From Actinomycetes bacterium (GTDB lineage Bacteria > Actinomycetota > Actinomycetes > Actinomycetales > Cellulomonadaceae), in NCBI GenBank assembly GCA_023432565.1, contig JAEYUL010000043.1, forward strand, positions 1-61,496: a stretch of DNA of 61,496 bases, in the 5' to 3' direction. Position 1 is the stretch's first letter; each line of letters opens with the position of its first letter. The notes below the pieces were generated by a model. The model was not told the DNA's origin and did not search any database. It saw only the letters and a list, made by a program, of their open reading frames with translations. Shown one piece after another: positions 1 through 9,158 of this stretch. The position numbers were made by a program, and so were the translations under genes.

Positions 1-94
1 CCGGTCGGGAGGGCGACCGGCCGCCGCGCGGTGATCCGGGGACCCGGGGACGCGTGCGGCGGCGCGCAGGGGGCGCCGCGGCTCGTGAGGCAGG

Positions 95-1111
95 ATGACG
101 AGGGTGCCCGACCACACGACCGACCCGGCCGCGCCCCCCGCCCCGACGCTGCTCGCGCGAGCGCGGACCTGGGTCGACCCGCTCGTCGTCATGATCGTCG
201 CGGTCCTCGTCCTCGGGCTGCTGCTCCCGGCGAGCGGCGGGTTCGCCGCCTTCCTCGAGGTCGTGCGCACCGGCGCGATCGTCCTGCTGTTCTTCCTCTA
301 CGGCGCGCGCATGCCGACGCACGAGGTGGTGCGGGGGCTGCGGAACTGGAAGCTGCAGGGCTCGATGCTCGCCGCGACCTACGTCGCGTTCCCGGCCCTC
401 GGGCTCGCGGCCCAGCTCGTGCCCGACTCCGTCCTGGCGCCCGAGCTGCAGACGGGTCTGCTGTACCTGTCCGTGCTGCCGTCGACCGTCCAGTCGTCGA
501 TCGTCTTCACGTCGCTCGCGCGCGGGAACGTCGCGGGCGCGATCACCGGGGCGACGATCTCCAACGTGCTCGGCGTGGTGCTGACCCCCCTGCTGTGCGC
601 GGTCCTGCTGGGCGCGACGGCGGGCGGTCCGCACGCCGGCGCCGTGCGCGACGTCCTGCTGCAGATCCTGCTCCCGTTCGTGGTGGGGCAGGTGACCGAG
701 CGGTGGCTCGGGCGGTGGCTGCGGGCCCACTCGGCGCTCACCCGCGTGTCCGACCGGCTCGTCATCCTGCTCGTGGCCTACACCTCGGTCAGCGAGGCGC
801 AGACCACCGGTGCGTGGGACCACGTCACCGTGGCCGCGCTCGCGGCGCTGGTCGCCGTGTGCGTCGCGCTGCTGGCCGCGATGCTCGGCCTGACGTGGTG
901 GAGCGGCGGCCGGATCGGCCTGGACCGGCCGGACCGCATCGCGCTGCTCATGTGCGGCTCGAAGAAGAGCCTGGCGACCGGGCTGCCGATGGCCGCCGTG
1001 CTGTTCACGCCCGTGGTGGCGGCGAGCGTCGCGCTGCCGGTCATCGTGTTCCACCAGATCCAGCTCGCGACCTGCGCCGTGCTGGCCCGCAGGCTGGGCG
1101 CCGTCAGGTAG
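95..1111 (+). CDS. Bile acid:sodium symporter family (SBF-like/YfeH) membrane transporter
   Basis: Polytopic hydrophobic protein with family motifs LFFLYGARM, LPSTVQSSIVFTS, ARGNVAGA and CGSKKSLATGLPMA. The true start may be the GTG at 104. Confidence 0.9.
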   Translation: MTRVPDHTTDPAAPPAPTLLARARTWVDPLVVMIVAVLVLGLLLPASGGFAAFLEVVRTGAIVLLFFLYGARMPTHEVVRGLRNWKLQGSMLAATYVAFPALGLAAQLVPDSVLAPELQTGLLYLSVLPSTVQSSIVFTSLARGNVAGAITGATISNVLGVVLTPLLCAVLLGATAGGPHAGAVRDVLLQILLPFVVGQVTERWLGRWLRAHSALTRVSDRLVILLVAYTSVSEAQTTGAWDHVTVAALAALVAVCVALLAAMLGLTWWSGGRIGLDRPDRIALLMCGSKKSLATGLPMAAVLFTPVVAASVALPVIVFHQIQLATCAVLARRLGAVR

Positions 1112-1202
1112 CGTGCGGCCTGGTCACCGCCACGTCCGGCCTGTCCGCGGGACCGCCGCAGCCGAACCGCGCCCGCACGCGCGATCGCACCGAGGGAGCA
1201 CC

Positions 1203-2699
1203 GTGATCCAGCCGAGGATCGTCCCCCTTCCGTCACGCTGTGACGTCCGGGAGGGAGCGCCCTTCGTCGTCGGTGAGACCACGACCGTCGTCGTCGACGC
1301 GCGCCCCGAGATGATCGCCCACGGCGTGCTGGCGGCGGACCTGCTGGGCCGCCTCACCGGCCAGGCGATCGAGGTCCGCTTCAGCGACGACTCGCGAGGT
1401 GCCCGTGACGTCATCCGGCTGCGGATGGCCGCTGCGGACCCGGACCTGCTCGAAGGTGACGAGGCCTACCGGCTCGTCGTGACTCCCCAGCGGGTCGAGG
1501 CCGTCGCGCGCTCGACGGAAGGGCTCACGCACGCGGTCGCCACCCTGCGCCAGCTCCTGCAGCAGAACCCTGACGGCTCGTGGCGGGCCCCCGGCGTGCA
1601 CGTCGAGGACGCCCCGAGGTTCGCCTGGCGCGGCCTGTCCGTGGACGTGGCGCGGCACTTCCTGCCGCTCGACACGCTCAAGGTCGTCGTCGGGGTCATG
1701 GCGCACTACAAGCTCAACATGCTGCACCTGCACCTGACCGACGACCAGGGCTGGCGTCTGCACGTCCCGTCGCGCCCGCACCTGGTGCGCAAGTCCTCGG
1801 GCACGTCCGTCGGGGGCGACCCGGGCGGCTACTACACCCCCAGCGACTTCTCCGAGCTCGTGCAGTACGCCGCGATGCGTGGCATCACCGTGGTGCCCGA
1901 GATCGACGTCCCCGGGCACGTCAACGCCGCGACGCACGCGTACGGCGAGCTCACGCCCGACGGCGTGCCGACCGAGGTGTACACCGGTATCGACGTCGGC
2001 TTCTCACGCCTGTACGCGGACCTGCCCGCGACGAGCGAGTTCCTGCGTGACGTGTTCACGGACGTCGCGGAGCTGACCCGCGGCCCGTACGTGCACATCG
2101 GCGGCGACGAGGTCCTGACGATGGAGCCCGACGAGTACGCGCGGCTCGTCGCGCAGGCCGCAGCCGCGGTGCGGGCGTCCGGCAAGCAGGTCGTCGGCTG
2201 GCAGGAGATCGCCACGACGCCGCTCGAGCGCGGGACCGTCGTGCAGTACTGGGACACGCGCGTCGACCCCGCGCCGTTCGTCGCGGCGGCGCGCGCCGGG
2301 GCCAAGCTCCTCATGTCGCCCGGGTCCAAGGCGTACCTCGACATGAAGTACGACGCCACCACCGAGCTGGGCCTGGACTGGGCCGGGCACATCGAGCTGC
2401 GCGACGCCTACGAGTGGGAGCCGACCGCGCTCATCGACGGCGTGCCCGCCGAGGCGGTGATCGGCGTCGAGGCGGCCGTGTGGACGGAGACGATCCGCGA
2501 CCTCGACGCGCTCACCAGCATGCTGCTGCCACGGCTCGCGGCGGTCGCCGAGGTCGCGTGGACGTCGCCCGAGCGGCGGTCGTGGGACGAGTTCCGCACG
2601 CGCGTGGCGCACCACAGCGAGCTCTGGAACCGCATCGGCCTGCGCTGGTACGCGAGCCCTCAGGTCGACTGGACGTCGCCGCCCGCGGCTCGGGTCTGA
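1203..2699 (+). CDS. Beta-N-acetylhexosaminidase, GH20 (no obvious signal peptide)
   Basis: DAPRFAWRGLSVDVARHF, HLHLTDDQGWR, PEIDVPGH and catalytic HIGGDE. GTG at 1203 follows a GAGGGAG RBS. Confidence 0.92.
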   Translation: MIQPRIVPLPSRCDVREGAPFVVGETTTVVVDARPEMIAHGVLAADLLGRLTGQAIEVRFSDDSRGARDVIRLRMAAADPDLLEGDEAYRLVVTPQRVEAVARSTEGLTHAVATLRQLLQQNPDGSWRAPGVHVEDAPRFAWRGLSVDVARHFLPLDTLKVVVGVMAHYKLNMLHLHLTDDQGWRLHVPSRPHLVRKSSGTSVGGDPGGYYTPSDFSELVQYAAMRGITVVPEIDVPGHVNAATHAYGELTPDGVPTEVYTGIDVGFSRLYADLPATSEFLRDVFTDVAELTRGPYVHIGGDEVLTMEPDEYARLVAQAAAAVRASGKQVVGWQEIATTPLERGTVVQYWDTRVDPAPFVAAARAGAKLLMSPGSKAYLDMKYDATTELGLDWAGHIELRDAYEWEPTALIDGVPAEAVIGVEAAVWTETIRDLDALTSMLLPRLAAVAEVAWTSPERRSWDEFRTRVAHHSELWNRIGLRWYASPQVDWTSPPAARV

Positions 2700-2742
2700 C
2701 CGCTCGCGCCACCGCCCGCGGCCGGGCGGGACGTCCGTGGCG

Positions 2743-4779
2743 CTACACCCACTGGCGCATCCAGATGTGCTGGTGCCAGAACTCGTACGGCACCACCCAG
2801 CCCGCCCAGATCGGGTAGAAGTACAGCCCCACGGCCACGACGAGTCCGACGAACACGCCGACGCCGATGATCGCGCCGCGTCGTTCTCGCGACGGCAGCG
2901 TCGGTGGGCCGACGATCAACGTGAGCACGTACACGAGCGTCAGCACCACCCACGGCGTGAACGCGATCGCGTAGAAGTCGAAGATCGTGCGCTTCGCGAA
3001 CGCGAACCACGGCACCCAGCCCGCGAGCAGGCCGGACAGCACCGCGCCGGCGACCCAGTCGCGGTACCGGACCAGCCAGTACAGGGCGACCAGGATCGCG
3101 GCGGCCCCCGCCCACCACAGGATCGGGTTGCCGACCGCGAGGATCGCCTGCGCGCAGTGGTCGGCGCCGCACGCCTGCTGCGCCTGCGGGCCCGTCAGGT
3201 TCGAGACGTCGCCCCAGTAGAACGACGTCGGCCGCCACTGCACGATCCAGCCGAGCGGGTGCGCCTCGTACGTGTGGGGCGAGTCGAGGTCCTTGTGGAA
3301 GATCCACATCTGCCGGTGGAACTCGACGAGCGAGCGCAGCGGCCCGGGCAGGAACGTCAGACCCTCACCGGGGTGGTCGTCCGCCCACGTGCGGCCGTAC
3401 GACTGCGAGTGCGTGAACCACGACCACCAGGTCCCGACGTAGACGAGCAGCGCCGAGCCGACCATGACGACCGCCGCGACCACGGCGTCCTTGACGAGGG
3501 CCGCGACGGGCCACATCCGCACGCCCACCGCGCGCCGCGCCGTGGCGTCCCACAGCACGGTGAGCAGGCCGAACACCGCGAGGAAGTACAGGCCCGACCA
3601 CTTGGTGCCGATCGCCAGCCCGAGCAGGACCCCCGCGACGAGCCGCCACCAGCGCATGCCCAGCCACGGCCCGAAGGCGAGCTCGCCGCCCGCCGCGAGG
3701 ACGTCCGCGGTGCGTTCCGCGAGACGACGCCGTGCCTGCTCGCGGTCGAGCAGGAGCGCGCCGAACGCCGCGAGCGCGAAGAACATGAGGAACGGGTCCA
3801 GCAGCGAGGTGCGTGACATCACGATCGCGAGACCGTCGAGCGCCAGGAAGGCGCCCGCGACCACGCCCCACGCCGTCGAGGCGAACAGGCGACGTGCGAT
3901 GCGGACCATGAGCAGCACGCTCAGCGTGCCGACCACGGCGACCGCGAGCCGCCAGGAGAGCGACGACTCCAGGCCGCCGCCGAGCTTCATCCCCAGCCCG
4001 ATCAGCCACTTGCCGACCTGCGGGTGCACGAAGTACTCGGCCTTGGTGCCGAGCATCGAGTCGTCGCCCGCCTCGAAGCCAGGATTCGGGTTCTCACCCC
4101 AGTCCGCCTCGTAGCCCCGGGTCACGAGCGACCAGCCCTGCTTGACGTAGTACGTCTCGTCGAACACGAGCGCGTGCGGGGAGCGCAGGTTCCAGAACCG
4201 CAGCACGCCGGCGATCGCGGTGATGCCGAGGGTCCACGCCCAGCCGACGACCCGGTTGCGGCGCGTGGCGTCGAGCGCGAGCGTCGCACGGCCCAGCAGC
4301 CGCTCGAGCAGCTCGTCCTTGCCGGGCGGGCCGACTGGTGCGGCCGGTCCGGCGTCCGGGTCGGCGAGCGCCGTCGCCGTGGGCCGGCCCGGCCCGCTGT
4401 CAGGGGCCCCGTCCGGGTCCACCGCCTGGCCGTCGTCCTGGCGGCCCGTCTCGACCGGTGCACCGCTGACGGACCCGGCGGGGGCTACGACGTGCTCGTC
4501 CGGGTACCGGCCGTGCGCGTCAGGACGGTGCTCAGACGGGCGGTGCTCGTCGGGGCGGTGCTCGTCGGGACGCTGCTCGTCGGGACGTCGCTCGTCGGGA
4601 CGTCGCTCGTCGGGACGGCGCCGCACGTCGGGAACGCCGTGCTCGTCCGGCCGGGTCCCGCCGGCCGGGGCGCCCGGCACCGCCCACGCGGGCTCGGGCG
4701 GGCGCGGTGCGCCCGCGGGACGCCCGTCCCCGGGGTCGCGAGGGTCGGGCTCGACGGCTTCGTCATGCGGCTGCGACAC
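2743..4779 (-). CDS. pmt: Protein O-mannosyltransferase (GT39) with a long low-complexity N-terminus
   Basis: VFDETYY, HPQVGKWLI, SRTSLLD, KWSG and HTYEAHPLGW motifs; multiple TM segments; divergent from rsmI as in other actinobacteria. Start set at the GTG 6 nt after TAGCAT. Confidence 0.9.
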   Translation of the reverse strand: MSQPHDEAVEPDPRDPGDGRPAGAPRPPEPAWAVPGAPAGGTRPDEHGVPDVRRRPDERRPDERRPDEQRPDEHRPDEHRPSEHRPDAHGRYPDEHVVAPAGSVSGAPVETGRQDDGQAVDPDGAPDSGPGRPTATALADPDAGPAAPVGPPGKDELLERLLGRATLALDATRRNRVVGWAWTLGITAIAGVLRFWNLRSPHALVFDETYYVKQGWSLVTRGYEADWGENPNPGFEAGDDSMLGTKAEYFVHPQVGKWLIGLGMKLGGGLESSLSWRLAVAVVGTLSVLLMVRIARRLFASTAWGVVAGAFLALDGLAIVMSRTSLLDPFLMFFALAAFGALLLDREQARRRLAERTADVLAAGGELAFGPWLGMRWWRLVAGVLLGLAIGTKWSGLYFLAVFGLLTVLWDATARRAVGVRMWPVAALVKDAVVAAVVMVGSALLVYVGTWWSWFTHSQSYGRTWADDHPGEGLTFLPGPLRSLVEFHRQMWIFHKDLDSPHTYEAHPLGWIVQWRPTSFYWGDVSNLTGPQAQQACGADHCAQAILAVGNPILWWAGAAAILVALYWLVRYRDWVAGAVLSGLLAGWVPWFAFAKRTIFDFYAIAFTPWVVLTLVYVLTLIVGPPTLPSRERRGAIIGVGVFVGLVVAVGLYFYPIWAGWVVPYEFWHQHIWMRQWV
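4525..4618 (-). repeat. 15-bp tandem repeat encoding (R)RPDE(R/Q/H) units in the Pmt N-terminus
   Basis: About 6 imperfect copies of CCCGACGAGC(A/G)NCG(T/C) on the minus strand. Confidence 0.85.
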
Positions 4780-4964
4780 GCGCACATGCTACGGGCGCGA
4801 CCAGTTCCTGGGGACTTGTCCGCTCCCTGCGTCCTGCGTCCCGGGTAGCGCCCCGCTGCGGGGCGCTGCGCCGACGTCGGCGCTCCCGGCCCCGCCGCGG
4901 ACGCCGTCCGGGGTGAGCCGGGAGCACGTCCGCAGCACGGGGGCGTCGATGGCAGGCTGAGCGC

Positions 4965-5825
4965 ATGGACGCCTCGACCGGTCGGCTCGTGCTCGCCGCG
5001 ACCCCCATCGGCAACGTCGACGACGCGTCGGTGCGGCTGCGCGAGCTGCTGGCGACCGCCGACGTCGTCGCCGCCGAGGACACGAGGCGGCTGCGGGCGC
5101 TCGTCGGCCGGCTCGGCGTCGAGGTGCGCGGGAGGGTCGTCTCCTACCACGAGCACAACGAGGCGGAGCGGGCGGCCGACCTGCTCGACGTCGTCGCGGG
5201 CGGCGGCACGGTCGTCGTCGTCACGGACGCCGGCATGCCCGCGGTGTCCGACCCGGGCTTCCGCGTCGTCACCGCCGCGGTGCAGGCGGGCCTGCCCGTC
5301 ACGGCCGCGCCCGGCCCGAGCGCCGTGCTCACCGCGCTCGCGCTGTCCGGCCTGCCGACGGACCGGTTCTGCTTCGAGGGCTTCGCGCCCCGCAAGCCGG
5401 GGGAGCGGGCGAGGGCGCTCGCGGCGTTGGCCGACGAGCGCCGCACGATGGTGTTCTTCGAGGCCCCGCACCGTGTCGGCACGCTGCTGGCCGCGATGGT
5501 CGAGTCGTTCGGCCCGGACCGGCCCGCGGCCGTGTGCCGTGAGCTGACCAAGACCTACGAGGAGGTCCGGCGAGGCACGCTCGCCGAGCTCGCGCAGTGG
5601 GCCACCGGGGAGGTGCGCGGCGAGATCGTGGTCGTCGTGGGCGGCGCGCAGCGGCCCGCGGGCGGCGGCGACCTCACGGCCCTCGTGGCCGAGGTGCGGG
5701 CGCGCGTCGACGCCGGTGAGCGCCTCAAGGACGCCGCCCGTGCCGTGGCCGCGGCCGCAGGCGTCCCCACCCGGACGCTCTACGAGGCGGCGTTGCCGTC
5801 CGCCGGTGCCCGCACGACGTCCTGA
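4965..5825 (+). CDS. rsmI: 16S rRNA C1402 2'-O-methyltransferase
   Basis: [41 protein letters not shown] and [10 protein letters not shown] motifs. Confidence 0.96.
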   Translation: MDASTGRLVLAATPIGNVDDASVRLRELLATADVVAAEDTRRLRALVGRLGVEVRGRVVSYHEHNEAERAADLLDVVAGGGTVVVVTDAGMPAVSDPGFRVVTAAVQAGLPVTAAPGPSAVLTALALSGLPTDRFCFEGFAPRKPGERARALAALADERRTMVFFEAPHRVGTLLAAMVESFGPDRPAAVCRELTKTYEEVRRGTLAELAQWATGEVRGEIVVVVGGAQRPAGGGDLTALVAEVRARVDAGERLKDAARAVAAAAGVPTRTLYEAALPSAGARTTS

Positions 5826-5985
5826 CCTGCTCTCCGGCGCTCCCGCGAAGCCTCACCCGAGCGTGCCCGGCGTGCGCACCGCGGCGCTCCCCGAGCCGGC
5901 CGCAGACCCGCACGACGGTGTGGTGCTGCGGGTGACGGCGTGCGAAGGTGGCCTCGACCGGGATGGACGCGAGTCGGGAGGCGTG

Positions 5986-6585
5986 ATGAGCCAGCGGCGC
6001 CGGGCGTTGCTCGTCGTGGACGTGCAGCCGACGTTCTGCGAGGGCGGTGCGCTGCCGGTCGCGGGCGGCAACGACGTGGCCGAGGCGATCGCGCGGTACG
6101 CGGCCGCGCGGCGCGACAGGTACGACCTCGTCGTGACGACGCAGGACTGGCACATCGAGCCCGGTGCGCACTTCTCCGACGAGCCCGACTTCGTCGACAG
6201 CTGGCCGCCGCACGGCGTCGCCGGCACCGCCGAGGCCGAGCTGCACCCGGCCCTGTCCGAGCTCGGGCCGGACGCGAGCGTGCGCAAGGGGCAGTACGCC
6301 GCCGCCTACTCGGGGTTCGAGGGTGTCGACGGCCAGGGGCGGCCGCTCGCGGCGATCCTGCGCGAGGAGCAGGTCACCGACGTGGACGTCGTGGGCATCG
6401 CGGAGTCCCACTGCGTGCGGGCGACCGCGCTCGACGCGCAGGCCCAGGGGCTGCGCACGCGGGTCCTGACCGACCTGACCGTGCCGGTCAGCCCGGAGCT
6501 CGGCGCGCAGGCGCGTGAGGCCATGCGCGCGGCCGGGGTGGCCCTCGTCGACAGCGGCGCGGCGTTCGACGAGCTCGTCGGCTGA
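5986..6585 (+). CDS. pncA: Nicotinamidase/pyrazinamidase (isochorismatase family)
   Basis: VVDVQPTFCEGGAL, TQDWH, WPPH, KGQYAAAYSGFEG and GIAESHCV (catalytic Cys). GGGAGG RBS upstream. Confidence 0.88.
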   Translation: MSQRRRALLVVDVQPTFCEGGALPVAGGNDVAEAIARYAAARRDRYDLVVTTQDWHIEPGAHFSDEPDFVDSWPPHGVAGTAEAELHPALSELGPDASVRKGQYAAAYSGFEGVDGQGRPLAAILREEQVTDVDVVGIAESHCVRATALDAQAQGLRTRVLTDLTVPVSPELGAQAREAMRAAGVALVDSGAAFDELVG

Positions 6586-6590
6586 GGCCC

Positions 6591-7844
6591 GTGGTGCGGC
6601 CCTCGTCGGACCGCTCGCTGCGGCGCGGACCGCGGTTCGCAGGTCCGCCGAGCACGGCCGCGGCCGCGCTCACCACCGGCGTGCTCACGGCAGGGGTGCT
6701 GGTGGGGCTCCTGGCCGGATGCACCGCGGGGACGACGAGCGACGGCGCGAGCGCCGACGGGTTCGCGACCAGCCCGTCGGGCGGCGTCGCCCTGCCCGTT
6801 CCCTCGGGCGGCCCGTCGGGTCCGCCGACCGTCGACGTCTCGGTCAGCACCCTCGCGACCGGGCTCGACGTGCCGTGGGGCCTGGCGCCGCTGCGCGACG
6901 GCAGCGTCCTGGTCACGCTGCGGGACGCCGCCCGGCTCGTCGTCGTGACGCCGGACGGCGCGGTCCAGGGCGTCGACGGCCCGGGCGCGGACCAGCTCGA
7001 GGCGACCGTCGTGCCGCAGGGTGAGGGCGGGCTCCTGGGCGTCGCGGTCCTCGAGGAGTCCGGCGGCGGGCTCGACATCGCGCTGTACGCGACGACGGCC
7101 GACGACAACCGGGTGCTGCGCGGCACGTTGCGGGACGGGTCCCTGGGTGCGCTCCACGTCGTGCTCGCAGGGATCCCCGCGGCGCGCAACCACGACGGCG
7201 GGCGTCTGGCCGTCGGGCCGGACGGGTTCCTCTACGTGAGCACGGGCGACGCCGGCTCGGTGACGCGAGCGCAGGACCGCGCCGACCTCGGCGGCAAGAT
7301 CCTGCGGATCACGGCGGACGGCGAGCCCGCGCCGGGCAACCCGGACCCGTCCTCTCCGGTGTGGAGCCTCGGGCACCGCAACGTGCAGGGCCTGGGCTGG
7401 TCGGGCGACGGACGGATGTTCGCCTCGGAGTTCGGGCAGAACACGTACGACGAGGTCAACGTCATCCACCCCGGGGGGAACTACGGCTGGCCCGAGGTCG
7501 AGGGGACGGGCGGGTCCGACGCGGGGTTCGTCGACCCGGTGACCGTGTGGGCGACGTCGCAGGCCTCGCCGAGCGGGCTCGCGGTGACCGACGAGGGCGT
7601 GTACGTCGCGGGCCTGCGCGGGCAGCGGCTGTGGCGCCTTCCGCTGCTGCCCGCGGGCGCCGACGACGCAGCCGGCGTCGGCACGCCCCAGCCGCTGCTG
7701 GACGGTGAGCACGGGCGGCTGCGTGCGGTGGCGGTCGCCGCGGACGGCTCGCTGCTCGTCGCGACGAGCAACACCGACGGCCGCGGCGACCCGCGCGACG
7801 GCGACGACCGGATCCTGCGCGTCGAGGTCCGTGCGGCGCGCTGA
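6591..7844 (+). CDS. PQQ-dependent sugar dehydrogenase (GSDH family) lipoprotein
   Basis: Lipobox LLAGC; motifs GEGGLLG, HDGGRL, GKILR, GHRNVQG and GGNYGWP. Confidence 0.88.
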   Translation: MVRPSSDRSLRRGPRFAGPPSTAAAALTTGVLTAGVLVGLLAGCTAGTTSDGASADGFATSPSGGVALPVPSGGPSGPPTVDVSVSTLATGLDVPWGLAPLRDGSVLVTLRDAARLVVVTPDGAVQGVDGPGADQLEATVVPQGEGGLLGVAVLEESGGGLDIALYATTADDNRVLRGTLRDGSLGALHVVLAGIPAARNHDGGRLAVGPDGFLYVSTGDAGSVTRAQDRADLGGKILRITADGEPAPGNPDPSSPVWSLGHRNVQGLGWSGDGRMFASEFGQNTYDEVNVIHPGGNYGWPEVEGTGGSDAGFVDPVTVWATSQASPSGLAVTDEGVYVAGLRGQRLWRLPLLPAGADDAAGVGTPQPLLDGEHGRLRAVAVAADGSLLVATSNTDGRGDPRDGDDRILRVEVRAAR

Positions 7845-7851
7845 CCGCCGG

Positions 7852-7860
7852 TTGTCCACA
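7852..7860 (+). promoter_or_regulatory. Candidate DnaA box TTGTCCACA inside the palindrome GGTTGT-CC-ACAACC
   Basis: Exact match to the actinobacterial DnaA-box consensus, in an intergenic gap. Confidence 0.4.
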
Positions 7861-7928
7861 ACCCCTCGGCGGGGCCGCGCCGCCCGCCGCTACCGTCACG
7901 TCACCTTCCGGACGAGCAGGGGGAGCTG

Positions 7929-8234
7929 ATGGGCGGGTACGAGGTCGACACGGATCGGTGGCGCGAGCACGCGCGCCGGGTGGACCAGCACGGCGACGAC
8001 GTCGCGGGGATCGCGGTGCAGGCGCGCGCGATGGCCGGCCACCAGGAGGCGTACGGCCTCGTGCTCGCGCCGCTGGGCCTCCTGATGGCGGGGGTGCAGC
8101 AGGCCGAGGCCGCGGCGATCGAGGCGGTGTCGTTCGTGCTCGGCGTCAGCGCGGACGCCGTGCGTGCGGGCGCGCACGTGCGGGACGAGGTCGACGAGAT
8201 CGTCGGCGCGACGCTGCGCAGGGCGCTGCGATGA
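7929..8234 (+). CDS. Small EspC-like/WXG100-superfamily type VII secretion substrate (101 aa)
   Basis: YEVDTD..REHA start, central AYG motif, helical Ala-rich composition. GGGGGAG RBS; ATGA overlap with the next gene. Confidence 0.65.
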   Translation: MGGYEVDTDRWREHARRVDQHGDDVAGIAVQARAMAGHQEAYGLVLAPLGLLMAGVQQAEAAAIEAVSFVLGVSADAVRAGAHVRDEVDEIVGATLRRALR

Positions 8235-9148
8235 GCGCGCCGGTGGTGGTGCCGACCGCCGTGGCGGACACCGAGACGGCGTGGTCGGGATCCGGCGTCC
8301 TCGACGACCTCGTCGGCTGCGCGCAAGCGCTCGAGAGCGGCGCGTGGATCGACGCCGCCGTCTCCGGGCTGTCGCTCGGTGCGGGCGTGGTCGGTGCCGC
8401 GATCGACCCGGTCAGCGCGGCCGTCTCGTGGGGCGTGGGTTGGGTCCTCGACCACGTGTGGCCCCTGGACGAGATCCTCGACGGCTTCGCCGGGGACGCC
8501 GACACCGTGGCCGCGTACGGAGCGGCGTGGTCGGCCCTCGCTGCCCAGCTCGACGAGGTCGCCGGGCGGTACGGCGCGGACGTCGCGCGGGACACCGCAG
8601 GCATGCACGGCTCGGAGGTCTCGGCGTACCTGGCCGCGAGCGGTGCGGTCGCGGGCGCGGCGCACGTGTTCGCCCGCACCGCGCGGGCCGTCGGGGACGC
8701 GGTGGCGCTGTGCGCGAAGCTCGTGCGCGTGGTGCACGACCTGGTCCGTGACCTGATCGCGGCCATCGTGGGGGACGCCGTGGCCTCAGGCTCGCCGCTC
8801 GGGGCGTCGGTCCGCCTGGCCCGCCGGGTCGCGAACGCGGCGGCGCACGTCGCGCCCCTGGTCGACGGCATCGCGCGTACCGTGCGTGCGCTCCTGCAGC
8901 GGGCCGACGAGGTGCTCGACGCCCTGCTGCGCTCGCGGGCGGACCTGAGGGGCTACGCCGGCAGCATCGACACCGCGCGGTGGGCACCCACGACGGTGGA
9001 CAAGCTCGGGTACTTCGCGACGGCGGTCACACCCTTCGTCCCGCCGGAGCCGGCGCCGGCCCCTGCGCCGGCTCCGGCGGGCGTCGTGCCCCCGGGTGGT
9101 GGTGGCCGACGCCCGTCGTCGCCGAGCGGTCTGGCGGTGCCGCTCTAG
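8231..9148 (+). CDS. WXG100/EspA-like actinobacterial T7SS protein, no evident C-terminal toxin domain (305 aa)
   Basis: DPVSAAVSWGVGWVLDHVWPLDEILDGFAGDADTVAAYGAAW and VHDLVRDLIA resemble the N-terminal module of actinobacterial T7SS effectors. Pro-rich tail. Confidence 0.65.
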   Translation: MSAPVVVPTAVADTETAWSGSGVLDDLVGCAQALESGAWIDAAVSGLSLGAGVVGAAIDPVSAAVSWGVGWVLDHVWPLDEILDGFAGDADTVAAYGAAWSALAAQLDEVAGRYGADVARDTAGMHGSEVSAYLAASGAVAGAAHVFARTARAVGDAVALCAKLVRVVHDLVRDLIAAIVGDAVASGSPLGASVRLARRVANAAAHVAPLVDGIARTVRALLQRADEVLDALLRSRADLRGYAGSIDTARWAPTTVDKLGYFATAVTPFVPPEPAPAPAPAPAGVVPPGGGGRRPSSPSGLAVPL

Positions 9149-9158
9149 GGTGGTGAGG

